In this document: one piece after another, positions 38,004 through 48,800 of the stretch | Layout of the letters: each line of letters begins with the position of its first letter | Numbering within the stretch: the stretch's first letter is position 1 | Origin: Pelomyxa schiedti | Taxonomy: Eukaryota; Protista; Evosea | NCBI GenBank assembly: GCA_020536535.1 | Contig: JAHLWZ010000799.1 | Location: 1-64,000, forward strand | Direction: 5' to 3' | Length of the DNA stretch: 64,000 nt | The notes under the pieces: model-generated | Databases searched by the model: none | The model's input: the letters and a program-made list of their open reading frames with translations, nothing else | Told to the model about the DNA's origin: nothing | Program-made: the position numbers and the translations under genes

Positions 38004-39442
38004 ATGGGCGACAACGAGGGCGGCCCAGCAGTGATGGTAGGGGTCAAGACCACGAACACTACAAAGCCGTACCGTGTTGGTGGCGGCGAGGGCGAAGGGG
38101 GGGGAGACTACGACGTGGAGGCCGGCCGCCCGTCCGTGCCTTCGGAGGGCACGGCGGAAAAGGCTACGTCGTCGCCTGTGGGGGAGAGCAGCTGCTGGGG
38201 AATTGTGGGATTGAGCCGTGATTCCAAAAAGTTCCTGTCGAAAATGGAGCGGGGTGCGCGCCCTCATTTTGTTCCAAACCTTGGTGTTGCTTGATTTTTT
38301 ATATTAATATCATGTTTTTTTTAATTTAGTTGTTTTTTGGTTGGTCCTTTGACACTGGCTTTTTTTGGAACCTTTAATTATTTATTTAAATGTGTTTCTT
38401 TCAACAGGTTGGTTTGTTACCAGTTACATTGGCGACTATTTATTGACAGGACTACTTTTTATCATTAGCTAGTGAGCTAATTAGCTTTTCTCCCCTTGTT
38501 GATAATGACGTCTAGTTGACAGTATTGTCGAGGCAGGAATCTCTCCTTTTAGAATGGAAATGCCAGGGGGTGTTGACAATTACAATTACGATTATAGTTA
38601 CCGGGAAGAATCTATACCAACTTGGCTCCTGTGCATTATTGCCTATGCGTAATGCCCCACAGTTTTGGTTGTGAGTTGACAACTACATCAGAATTCCAGG
38701 ATTGGCTGTTCTTAGTATCAACCTCTTATCATATGCCCTTCGCTGCCGCAAAAAAGTTGGTTGCTCGTGGTTCGCACATGACTCACATAATTTCCTTCTT
38801 GGATTTGCAGAGACAGCGGCCCTCACTGGTCTATTCACAGCAATAGGAAAGGTCACCCTTTTAAAATATTGCTTCTTATCACCACATGGGACCAACACTA
38901 ACAATCTAGCAGGTGGTAGGTGGGAGATTTAGGTATTCCAAACAAACCAATTACGTAGTAACCAACTCGAAGACCGAATTACTTCGCAATGCCCACGGAG
39001 GTACGTGACGCAGAAGGGAGGCTGAGCTTTCCAAGTGGTCACTCCTCAATTGCATTTTCCGCCTTCACATTTTTGAGCCTTTATATAGCCGGGAAACTTA
39101 AGTATGCTACTTCCATAAGCCATTCACCTTACCTGTTAAGAGTATTTGATGATAAATCGGGCCAGTTCTGGAAAGTTGTATTAGTGCTCGTTCCGGAGAT
39201 TCCTGCCTTCATGATTGCCTTGAGGTAACCCAATTCTTAATTTGAAGTAATTCCTGATGCCACAAAACAGCCGCACCCGTGACTACTGGCACCATTTCTC
39301 TGACATTGTAGGCGGGGCATTCATAGGAGTCGGCATTGCCATTATGTGCTACTATTCATTGTACCCCTCACTGAGCCACCCCAACTGTGACGCCCCAAAG
39401 AGAAGAACACCCATCACTGCACTACCCAGCATCAGACACTAA
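38004..39442 (+). CDS. PAP2-family lipid phosphate phosphatase (LPP/DPP1-like)
   Basis: C1 K|VVGGRFR|P (Kx6RP); C2 SFPSGH; C3 SRTRDYWHHFSD; transmembrane segments. Confidence 0.95.
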
Positions 39443-39507
39443 GAATAGAAACAATGTTTCGTTTTTTTCACGTAAACTTTTCTGTGATACAACAACAACC
39501 GAGTTCC

Positions 39508-39769
39508 CTGTTGGGCAGTTACCCCGCGGCATCAGCCCACACTTGGTGNNNNNNNNNNNNNNNNNNNNNNNNNNNNNNNNNNNNNNNNNNNNNNNNNNNN
39601 NNNNNNNNNNNNNNNNNNNNNNNNNNNNNNNNNNNNNNNNNNNNNNNNTGTTGCATGTATGTGCTTTAGTGCGTTTGAGTTGTTGACTTGACTTTTTGTT
39701 GTTGAAGGAAGCTGGAGCTTGGCTTGGGGTTCGTTGTTGTTGTTGAGCTTGGCTTGCTTTTCTGTTACT
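39508..39769. repeat. About 160-bp direct repeat, copy 1 (interrupted by the 100-N gap at 39549-39648)
   Basis: ctgttgggcagttacccc...ttttctgttact is identical to 40071-40232 once the Ns are removed. Confidence 0.9.
39549..39648. other. Scaffold gap (100 N)
   Basis: Run of N. Confidence 1.
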
Positions 39770-40070
39770 TTAGAGATCAGATATAAGGAATATGAATAAT
39801 AGAGTAGGATCCAATCCAATCCAAGAAGAAATTCTCTTAAAACTATCTGTAAATAAAAGTCAAAACCTAGGAGGATCAAGTAAATAAATACCTGTGAGTA
39901 CTGCTGGCTGCCAATGAATTCTCCAGGATCCCCAGAATGCGTGGTTGGCAAATGGAATGGAATTGAAGGAGAAAGAGTGATTTTGTGGATTGTGATTGTG
40001 ATGTTGTGGCTGTTGGGCAGTTACCCCACGGCATCAGCCTGTTGCATTTTTGGTTGTGTGATAGTGTGAA

Positions 40071-40232
40071 CTGTTGGGCAGTTACCCCGCGGCATCAGCC
40101 CACACTTGGTGTGTTGCATGTATGTGCTTTAGTGCGTTTGAGTTGTTGACTTGACTTTTTGTTGTTGAAGGAAGCTGGAGCTTGGCTTGGGGTTCGTTGT
40201 TGTTGTTGAGCTTGGCTTGCTTTTCTGTTACT
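40071..40232. repeat. About 160-bp direct repeat, copy 2; a partial 30-bp third copy lies at 40010-40039
   Basis: Direct sequence comparison. Confidence 0.9.
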
Positions 40233-40699
40233 CTATAGTGGCTTTTTGTTGGTTGAACGATCTCACTAGCATCTATGCAATAAGAGTAGAGATCCGATTT
40301 TAGGAATAAGTGACTGCCTGCTTGCTGTTGCATCACCAACGGCACAAACTCTCAGCCATCAATAAATCCTTCACGGCATATGAGTCAAATAACAGCCTCA
40401 ATGCCCACGTTGCAGTTGGTTATCGGCACTGTTCGCCTGTCGGTTGTTGTAGAACCGTGCCGCTGCCCGTTTTTTCTTTTTTTTTTTGTTTTTGGCTGGT
40501 TGGGCGCCTTTTTTCTTTTTGTAAAGGTGGGAGTTCCCAGAGACGCCAAATTTTTGATTTGCTTTCGACAAAAAGGTGACCAGATTGTATGTTTTAGGAG
40601 AAGCACTAGCCCTGGGCTCATATTCATCGTTGCATTGCCTGCCGACAGGAGGTTGTGCTTCGATGACAGTTGGTCCGACAGGGGCTTCCTCAATGACTT

Positions 40700-41674
40700 T
40701 ATGCTGTTGGAGTTTTGAGAATGGGTTGAAGATTGAGACTGTGAAGAAACCTGAAGCTGACATTATACTATTTGGGCTTGTATTGTGCCTTCACCATACA
40801 GAGTGTGTTCAAGGCGAGTTTCGCTGCCGGTAATTGCCAGTTCTCCCCCTCGGAACATGGCTTGCGTCTCGTTGCACTCAACTATGCAGATAATCTGAGG
40901 TGCCATTTGAGGGGTTAAACTTGGAAGTAGTTGTTACCTTCAGGTTATCGTACGGAGGTTCCGACGTCCAAGCCGTTCATTGCAACCCACACAAATAACT
41001 GGCCTGTTGGGTTGGGGAACGCCAAGGAAACTCCCAGCTGCTCCTGTCCAACGAGTTAGAAATGCAACCAACAACAGAGTGATGCACACCAGCCAATTTC
41101 AGCAAAGTGTTTTTGGTCACCAGTGATCTTGGGAATGGTAATTGTCCGTTGAGAAGAGTTGTTGTGATTGCTTGCTTCAAGAAAGTGGTATGAATCCAAG
41201 TCCAGTGACAGCAGCAGCTCGTGATTATCAAGGATACACGACCAACAGCAATTTTGCCATTCTTTGTCAGGAGAATTAGAGCCCTTTTAGCTTCATGAAC
41301 ATCAGCAGGCCACGCAATCAACTTTCGGGCGTTGTACACCACGGCCCATCCCCCTCCACTTTTGAGCTTCCACCCATCATTTTGGTGCTCGACCCCCGCT
41401 CACACGGCACCGAAACCTGCCGATCACCATTTCGCGCCCACGGCGCATGTTGCCCCATAATAGGTGTAGTCGGTTCCCACCACAGTCCTCATTCCCACCC
41501 AGGAACCTGCACTGGCGGCCGAAAGCACTCGCTGGTCAGCCCCACAACTCTCAGCGTGTGCGACAGCTCGACGCCGAGATACACGATTATGGGCACCCAG
41601 CAGATTCCCCCCTGTAGCGGCAGGTCTCCTCGCGCAACATCCAGCCAAGCAGAACGAAACAATTTAGGCGTCAA
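40700..41674 (-). pseudogene. Possible degenerate coding sequence
   Basis: Coding-like composition, but protein-like text switches frames and hits stops without convincing introns. Confidence 0.3.
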
Positions 41675-41785
41675 CCCAACGACGGCACGTTGTGGTTTTT
41701 GGTGGACTTACTCTGGGGTAAGTTCCTCAGGAAACGGGCGTTGATCCACACCTTCGCTTTTTTGGTTTTGTTTTTCGTCCGGACG

Positions 41786-43777
41786 ATGACGACCAAGTTG
41801 GGTGAGGCTGAGGAGGAAGACTGGCTGGAGAAAGAAATTGTTGGGTGGTTGACGTTTGAGGAGTACCCTCCCATAACTCTTGTCGATGACTACGACGTAA
41901 TAGACGCTTTGTCGGCCCACTACCGGGATGCACAATTCGTGGTCACTGAGAAAATACATGGCGTGAGTTAATCGCTCCGATTTACAGCCTCTGTGTTTGG
42001 TTGGCTTGTTGTACGCCGAAAGATGTTGTTTCCTCCTTTACGATGAATGTTTTGGATAACGGTTCGATACAAAAAGGCGAACTTCTCGTTTATAAGTGAT
42101 GGAATAGCAACAACTTGTGCAAGGAGAAAAGGAATTGTCCCGGATGGAGCTAAATCTTATTTTGACTTTGCCACTGTATGAAAGCACCTACTTATCAATA
42201 GACTCTTAGTATTACAGGTGAAGAAGAAATGCGAGCCAGAAGTTCGCAAGTTGTACCAGCTTATATCTGATTTGTACAAGTTAGATCTAGACGAGATTAT
42301 TGTGTCGGTCCAAGAGCTCATAATAGAGCTTTTTTGCAAAAATAGGATTTACTGACCCTCACTAAGATTCGGGGAACTGTTTGGCGGGATATATCCACAT
42401 CCTGATGTTCCCTCAGCAGATGTGTCAATTCCCGTACAATATGGTATTTACTACAGCCCTACTATAGAATTTTGCGCGTACGATATATTCATCAAGGTTC
42501 TTTTCCTTCTTTTTCACTGTATATTGCTCAGTGAATGTTTCTTTATCATAGGGCATTGATAAAAAATGGTGGCTGGACTTTGACTTGTGCCAGAAATTAT
42601 TTGCACAAACTGAATTACTTTACTTGAAACCGCTGTATACTGGAGATTTGCAATCTTGTTGTGCCTTCGAAATTGAAAAACGTGAGAGCGTGATTCCAGA
42701 TATGCTTGGGCTACCTCCTCTTTCTGGGAACCAAATCGAAGGAATTGTAATCAAAGGTTTACACAACGAACTTGTCCCCGGCAAATCATTCAGGGCAATT
42801 TTCAAGAAGAAAAACGACCAATATGCCGAAGTAAATGCTCCTGTTCCCCTTGGTTTGAGAGTCCCTTTACTGTATTTTTTCTGGAACTTAGTCTGAAACA
42901 AAATGTTAAACAGGAGACCATACTGCCTCTCCTTTCCATAAACCAGCCCCCAAAAATAAGGCAAGAGTGAAAAAGAAAGACAAGCCAGCCATATGTGAGA
43001 GGTCATCAACTCTTTTGCCGGACACAGCTCCTCCTGTAAGAGATCCATCCTCCCTTGAAATGAAGACTGTATGCTGTACCCCACAAACAGCTAGTGCAGC
43101 AGCAGTAACCGTTTCATCACCACCCCCTGAAGTAAATAGTATGCACACAGTAGTCAGCTCTCCCTTTGAAACTCCAATTGAACAATGCAGGAACTCACAT
43201 GTAGATCATCATACTAAATTCTCAACCTCCATTTCACATTTGCCTGCCAAGGGTTCTGGTAGTGTAAAACCACCAACAAAGGAATCCCACATCCCACAAA
43301 CAGACTCTTCAGCCAAAAAGCCACGTTCTGCACAACCAACAAATACTATTTCCCCAACAAACTTGGGCAGTCAACATTCCACCACTAGAATGCTAACCAC
43401 TAACAATGAAACCTCTCCAACCACCAATAGTGGTATTTGCACTAGCACCACTATCTCACAGGGAACTGCCAGAGCGGCTGTGAAAAACTTCACATCAAGG
43501 TTTGCATTCCCATTCACACCATGAATTAACATATACCAGAGCTGTGAACTACAATCGGCTTGAGAGTGCAACAAGCAAGATTGGTCCTTTGATTCCAGTG
43601 AACCTCAAGGCAATATCAGAAGAGATGTTTGAGGATGTGTGCAATGAGATGCACAACATGTCAGAGTGGTCAGCCTTGAACCAGAAGAACAAAGGGCAGT
43701 TGACCAGAAGTACACACCACACTGTTACAGAGTTTGTTTCCTGTTCTTTATCCAATAACAAAAGAACAAGCAATTAA
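41786..43777 (+). CDS. ATP-dependent RNA ligase, T4 Rnl2 family
   Basis: Motif I VTEKIHG|ANFSF; ARRKG; motif III FGELFGG; VQYGIYY; motif IIIa FCAYDI; motif IV EGIVIK; motif V IFKKKN; Rnl2 C-domain VNYNRLESATSKIG. Confidence 0.9.
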
Positions 43778-44015
43778 TTAACAACAAATCCTGTGCATCA
43801 ATTGCCAACAGCAGCGTTCTTTACCTCTAAACTGGTTGGGGCTTCCTACTGGTGATTTTGAGCTGCCTTCAGTGTTTCCGAGGTTAAGTGGACTGTCAGA
43901 GTCTTGTGGTCTCTCCAGATGCCATTGATTGAGATCGGCGGATTTCTTGGAACCCACTTACCTGAACCAAATAGTTGAGAAAAAGCTACAACTAACCGAA
44001 GGATTCTGACCAGAC

Positions 44016-45572
44016 ATGTCGGACAGCGCAGCGCCACCAACGACGTCGACAACTTCTACCGAAGCACTCCCAAGCAGTACTTCCACGACAGGCAGCAGTA
44101 GATCCGCGGGAGTCACTTTCAAAGTGGCGGCTCACGACGCGGTGGCCGTGACCGAGGTGGGGCTCAAGTGCAGAGCCAACGCACTGGTGTCTGCTGTGCC
44201 TAGGCCCGCTCCCCCATTCGTGCGTCCCTAATTTGGCAATTATGGGATGTGGCTGTGCTATTTCTTCTTGGGTGCTGTGCTTTGGGGGTTGTTTTTTTTT
44301 TTTTTTTTTTTTCTGGGTGTTGCTCATGTTGCTGTTGCTCGATGTTTTGTGAGAGGTGAAGAGCAAGGGATTATGAATTTAATTTGAACCCGTTTTACAT
44401 AGGCGGAATTGGAGACCAAGTGGTTGGCAGGGAGTGTTTTTGAGGAGCAGCTTCCAAACCTGAGAGTGGCTAGGTTCAGAAATTGGACAAGTAACAGCTT
44501 TGTCACTTCAATTTCTGCTGCCTACAACATTCACCACAACTTGATTCTGCGACCAGATGACGTTTGGTTAGCAGTGATGAACCAGGTCTTTTTTTTTTGC
44601 AGCTACCTTTTCTTAATGCTGCACAGCTGTCGCTATATGTAGGAGGTCATTCTGAGGAATTGCGCCCACTTTTTGTGGCTCATCAAGGACAGAAAGAATT
44701 AGTTGTATCTTCTGGTGGCAGTTTACGTTCAGCCAACTATGAAGCACTATGCAATCGAATGGCAACAACCATTGGCGCCAATCTTGTGGATTCTAGTGTA
44801 GCGAGCTGGGTTGTACCCGATTTTACAACCACAACACCAACGGATCGAGTAAAATCCTCCCCAATACCAGCGACAAAGAATTTAATTTGAAACAGGTTGT
44901 TGGTTCAGCAACTTTGATGTCAGCAATGCAAAAATACTTCACTTTTAAGGTATGCAGGCACTCTCACACCTTGAATTGTTCACATTCACAAACAATCAGT
45001 ACCATCTTTGCTGTGGAATTCCGGAAGTGACCCTCCTTGGAACTCCAACAGATTGGTACTCCTTGCGCTCCCGATCAGAGAGGTTACAACAGTATGGACT
45101 AGGGAGGTTTTCTGAAGTTCTTCGGCCTGTGATGGACAACTTCATAGCTTCCTCTGAAGGACGCCCAGATATTAACTGGTGGCAAACAGTATGCGATGTT
45201 CATGGAGGAGGCAGTGGGCCAAGGTGCGTATTAATTTGGGAATATTAATGAATAATTGAATAACCCCCTCATTTTTCCCACTATACACAGTAATATTTAA
45301 GATACCACAACATTCTAAGCACTTCCGCGTATAGGTACTTGTCCGGGTGGATTACAGCATTCTGCCGGGTAGGCGAAACAGGAAAATGGACTGACGAAGA
45401 GCAAATTGACACCACCCTGATACCACCTGGATTCTGCTCCTGCCCAGTAACAGTGGAGGATGATTCAAGCAGTTACGAGACCAAGCTGTACTGCGGACAC
45501 CTCCTGGAGGAGTACTCACCCAACAAGCTGACTGTCAAGCCAAGGTCTGACTGGGCCCTCATGCTTCTTTAA
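44016..45572 (+). CDS. DUF4419 family protein
   Basis: AYNIHHNLILRPDDVWLAV; HSEELRPLFVAHQGQKELVV; PDFTTTT; MQKYF; CGIPEVTLLGTPTDW; GGSGPR|YLSGWITAF. Confidence 0.9.
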
Positions 45573-45880
45573 CCAGCCAAGCAAGTTGTTTTGATAGGAA
45601 TTGATGAATCCAATTTTACTGGATTGATATTCGTTCCTGTGAATTCTTGCCATTACCTCCGATCAACTTCCCAAAATGTGCTGTAAGTTGTTCTGAGTAC
45701 AGGTGATGTGCTCTCTGTGACTGAGGAGGAGGAGCTGAACGAGTGTGTTCTTGATTCCAGAGAGGGGACCAGGCTGGATTCGCATCAACTGATCTTTTCT
45801 GCTTGTTGATGGCTCCGTGAAAAGCACAAACAAAGAAGAAGAAACAGAAAACAACAAAAAGCAAAGACCCTGCGGCGCAA

Positions 45881-48800
45881 ATGAGCACACGGGTGGGGCT
45901 GTTCTGCATGATGATGAAAAAGCTGCACGAGGCGGTGGCCCGCAGCGTGGCCCTGGCCACCGTGCACCAGCACCTCCTGCTGCACCAGAGCCAGCCCAGC
46001 AGCAGCAGCAGCAGCGCCTCAGGGAGCCCCGCGGCCACGGGGGCGGACGGGGGGCCGCCGACGCCCACGGTCCCGCCCGCCTCCGCCTCCGCCTCCAGCT
46101 CCGCCACGGCCTCTGGTGTGGGCAGCAGCACCACCACCACGGCGGCCCAGGGCGGCGCCTCTGGCTCCGGCTCCTCGTCTTCGTCGTCGTCGACGGCAGG
46201 TGTTGGCGGGGGTGGTGCCGACGCTGATGCCGCTGATGGTACCCACCACCATTGTTGTTGTTGCTTGCTTTGTAATTATGGGTGTTGAGAGAGTGATTGG
46301 TTTTTTTTTGCTTGTCTTTTTTGTTTTTGTTTTGTTTTCATTGTTTTTTTTTTTTTTTTTTTTTGTGCCATTTTGGGGTTGAGTGCTACTTCATTTGTAT
46401 TATTTTGTTCTTACCAAAGGGTTTGCAGGGGTGCAAAGTTCTGGGTCGAGTGCTGGAGCGATAGGTGTTAGCCTTAGTCAACAACAAACTTCTTCATCTT
46501 CTTCTGTTGTTGCAGACCTCAGCTATGAAGTTGTTCTGCCGTATGATGGTGACTATCCTGATTTAGCTCATTTACTCTTTTTCCTCCATCCCAAGGTATT
46601 AACTACATTTCTTTCCCGCCCATGACTTACCTTTTGCTTCTTCCCCCTTATTAGTCTAAGCCAAAGGATTTGCCGACTCTTCCCCCTCATGCTTTTTTTC
46701 CCAGATATTGTGACTTCTATAAGGTAACATTAATGGGGAGGAAGAAAAAAGAAATAAAGAAATAGACAGACTTTTCTGTGTGGCCTGCTATTGCCATCCC
46801 AAGATAATCTTGATGGGTGCCTGCGTGTTGTCCTGCAATGGATTCCCAAGTACCAACAGTGGGTTCTTGAAGGAATGGAGGCATCTGTAAGACCGACTTA
46901 TCAAGCTTGTTTTCCTGAATTTACATTTGAAAGATTGAAATTGTGGATGTGAGATTCACTACTTTTGTGGATAAAGTTAAAGCTTTTCTCCCTGAGAAAG
47001 TTGCCATTCTTCATCCAGAACGCTTGGTATATTCTTCACCTCAGCTATCTACTTTTGACACCACACATAAAAAACAATAGGAGCGCATAGTTGATATGGT
47101 TGTTTCAGATATTTTAGTCTCTATCCTGGATGGATTCAATGGAAACATGTCTGCACACTCAATGGAAACTTTGCTTAGAGTTGGATTTCACTACTTTGAA
47201 CCAGTTCTTAAGTTTTTTTCTTTCATTGTATATTTTTTTTTTTAAGTTTCCCAAGATCCACTGACCCTTTTTCCGTGATGTATACTTCCCAAATAATGAG
47301 ACAGTGGTGTGCAGTTATCTATTCTGTATCTCCGTTTTGGTGAGTAATTATTGTATTCCTCCTGATGTAACATTTATTCTTCAGTTTGCCCTTATTGAGC
47401 ACCCTTTTTATGAAACAACTAACAGCACTTGGTGCGGATGACAGTGTTACAATGTACCAGTCTCTCAAGAGAATAAAATTCCTTGTGCCTAAAATTCCAC
47501 CCCAAACAAGAGTTAACTAACATACTATTACAGTTTGATGGTTCTAAGACGGCGGAGGTGGCTCAGTTTCTTCAGTTAATCCAACAGTTACTATCCAAGA
47601 CAGTGAAACGGTGTGCCTTTTGATGTAAGTTGTTTAAGTAATTTCCTTCAGCAATTCAATAAGAAGCAGTCAGCTCACTCTTTTAGCTGGTGCATTGTGT
47701 AGCAACCCTACATCGGACCCAAATGTTTTGAATCTGGTATTACCCAACTCATTATCTGTGGCCGGTCAAAGTGACCCTATTCCTAACTGTTTTTTATAGG
47801 TGACTGAATTTAAATCCAAGTGCAATGTACTTCGGAAGAGTGATGACCTCCACCCTTCCTCAATGCTTTTGCTCTGCACGTTACTTTCCCATTTTCCATC
47901 TGAATCCGCAGAAGTTGACGCCATTCTGGCAAGACTGTACAAGGTAGTGCGTTTCCTAATTCCAAAGTTTTGTTGACCCTCTGGGAAAGGACTTACCAGG
48001 GAAGAATAAAGATGTGTGTTTGTTGTGCACCAAAATCCTACTGCAAGGTCAGCATTCACCACCATGTGAGTGCTGGCTTCCAGTAAATAAACGAAAACTT
48101 CCTGAGAGTGTTTTGATTCAACAATCACCATTCAAATATGCTGGATGGGCTGGTGACTTGAGACGGATTAAGGAGTTGACTCAAAATATCTTCTTTGGCA
48201 AACAGGTTTGGTTTGAGCACAATACAAAGTCAATGTTGTGACAGATGCCTTTTGTAGGGCTTGAAGTCTAATGAATTTCTTGCATTGCACGTTGAAGTTG
48301 CTCTTCAAATCTGTGCTCACAGGTTTTCTGTTTTGCACCCGATCTTGATATTCTAAAACTATTTGGGTTACAATAGCCTAAAGTTTGGCTTCTCAAATCT
48401 TTTGGATCCTCTCTCGAAGTTGCCTACTTGTGCTCACCAACAATTGTGCCTAAGAATTTTTCACAAGTTGATCAAGTCGAATATCTTTTGGCAAATCGCG
48501 CCTTCAGCACAGAAGGTCTCAGAAGCTCAAAGAAAACCTCAGCACTAACGAAAGTTCAGGGAAACGAGCAGTACCATCCTCGCAGTGTATTTGAAGAATC
48601 GTTCCATTCGTTGCTTCATGCTGTTACATTAAAATTGCTAGAACAGCTGCCTATTGACACATCTTCACTTACTACTTTTCTTCCTTTCAGTTTGATTTCC
48701 CTTTCACTTGACTTGGAGCACGTCCCCCATGGGAATTTACCTCCTGTAGTGTTCCTGTACTACTTTTTCATTGGAGTGAATTTACAATTGAGCAATAGGC

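Noticed and set aside
39508-40100. Three 30-nt repeats as a CRISPR array, ribozyme, SECIS or H/ACA RNA
   Set aside because: Spacing is irregular and the repeats are part of a larger duplication. There are no cas genes, the hammerhead core (CUGAUGA...GAAA) and SECIS quartet are absent, and the hairpin is too short for H/ACA.
36121-43777. CTU2 and RNA ligase as a tRNA modification/repair cluster
   Set aside because: They are separated by an unrelated phosphatase and an assembly gap. Proximity in a eukaryotic genome is weak evidence.
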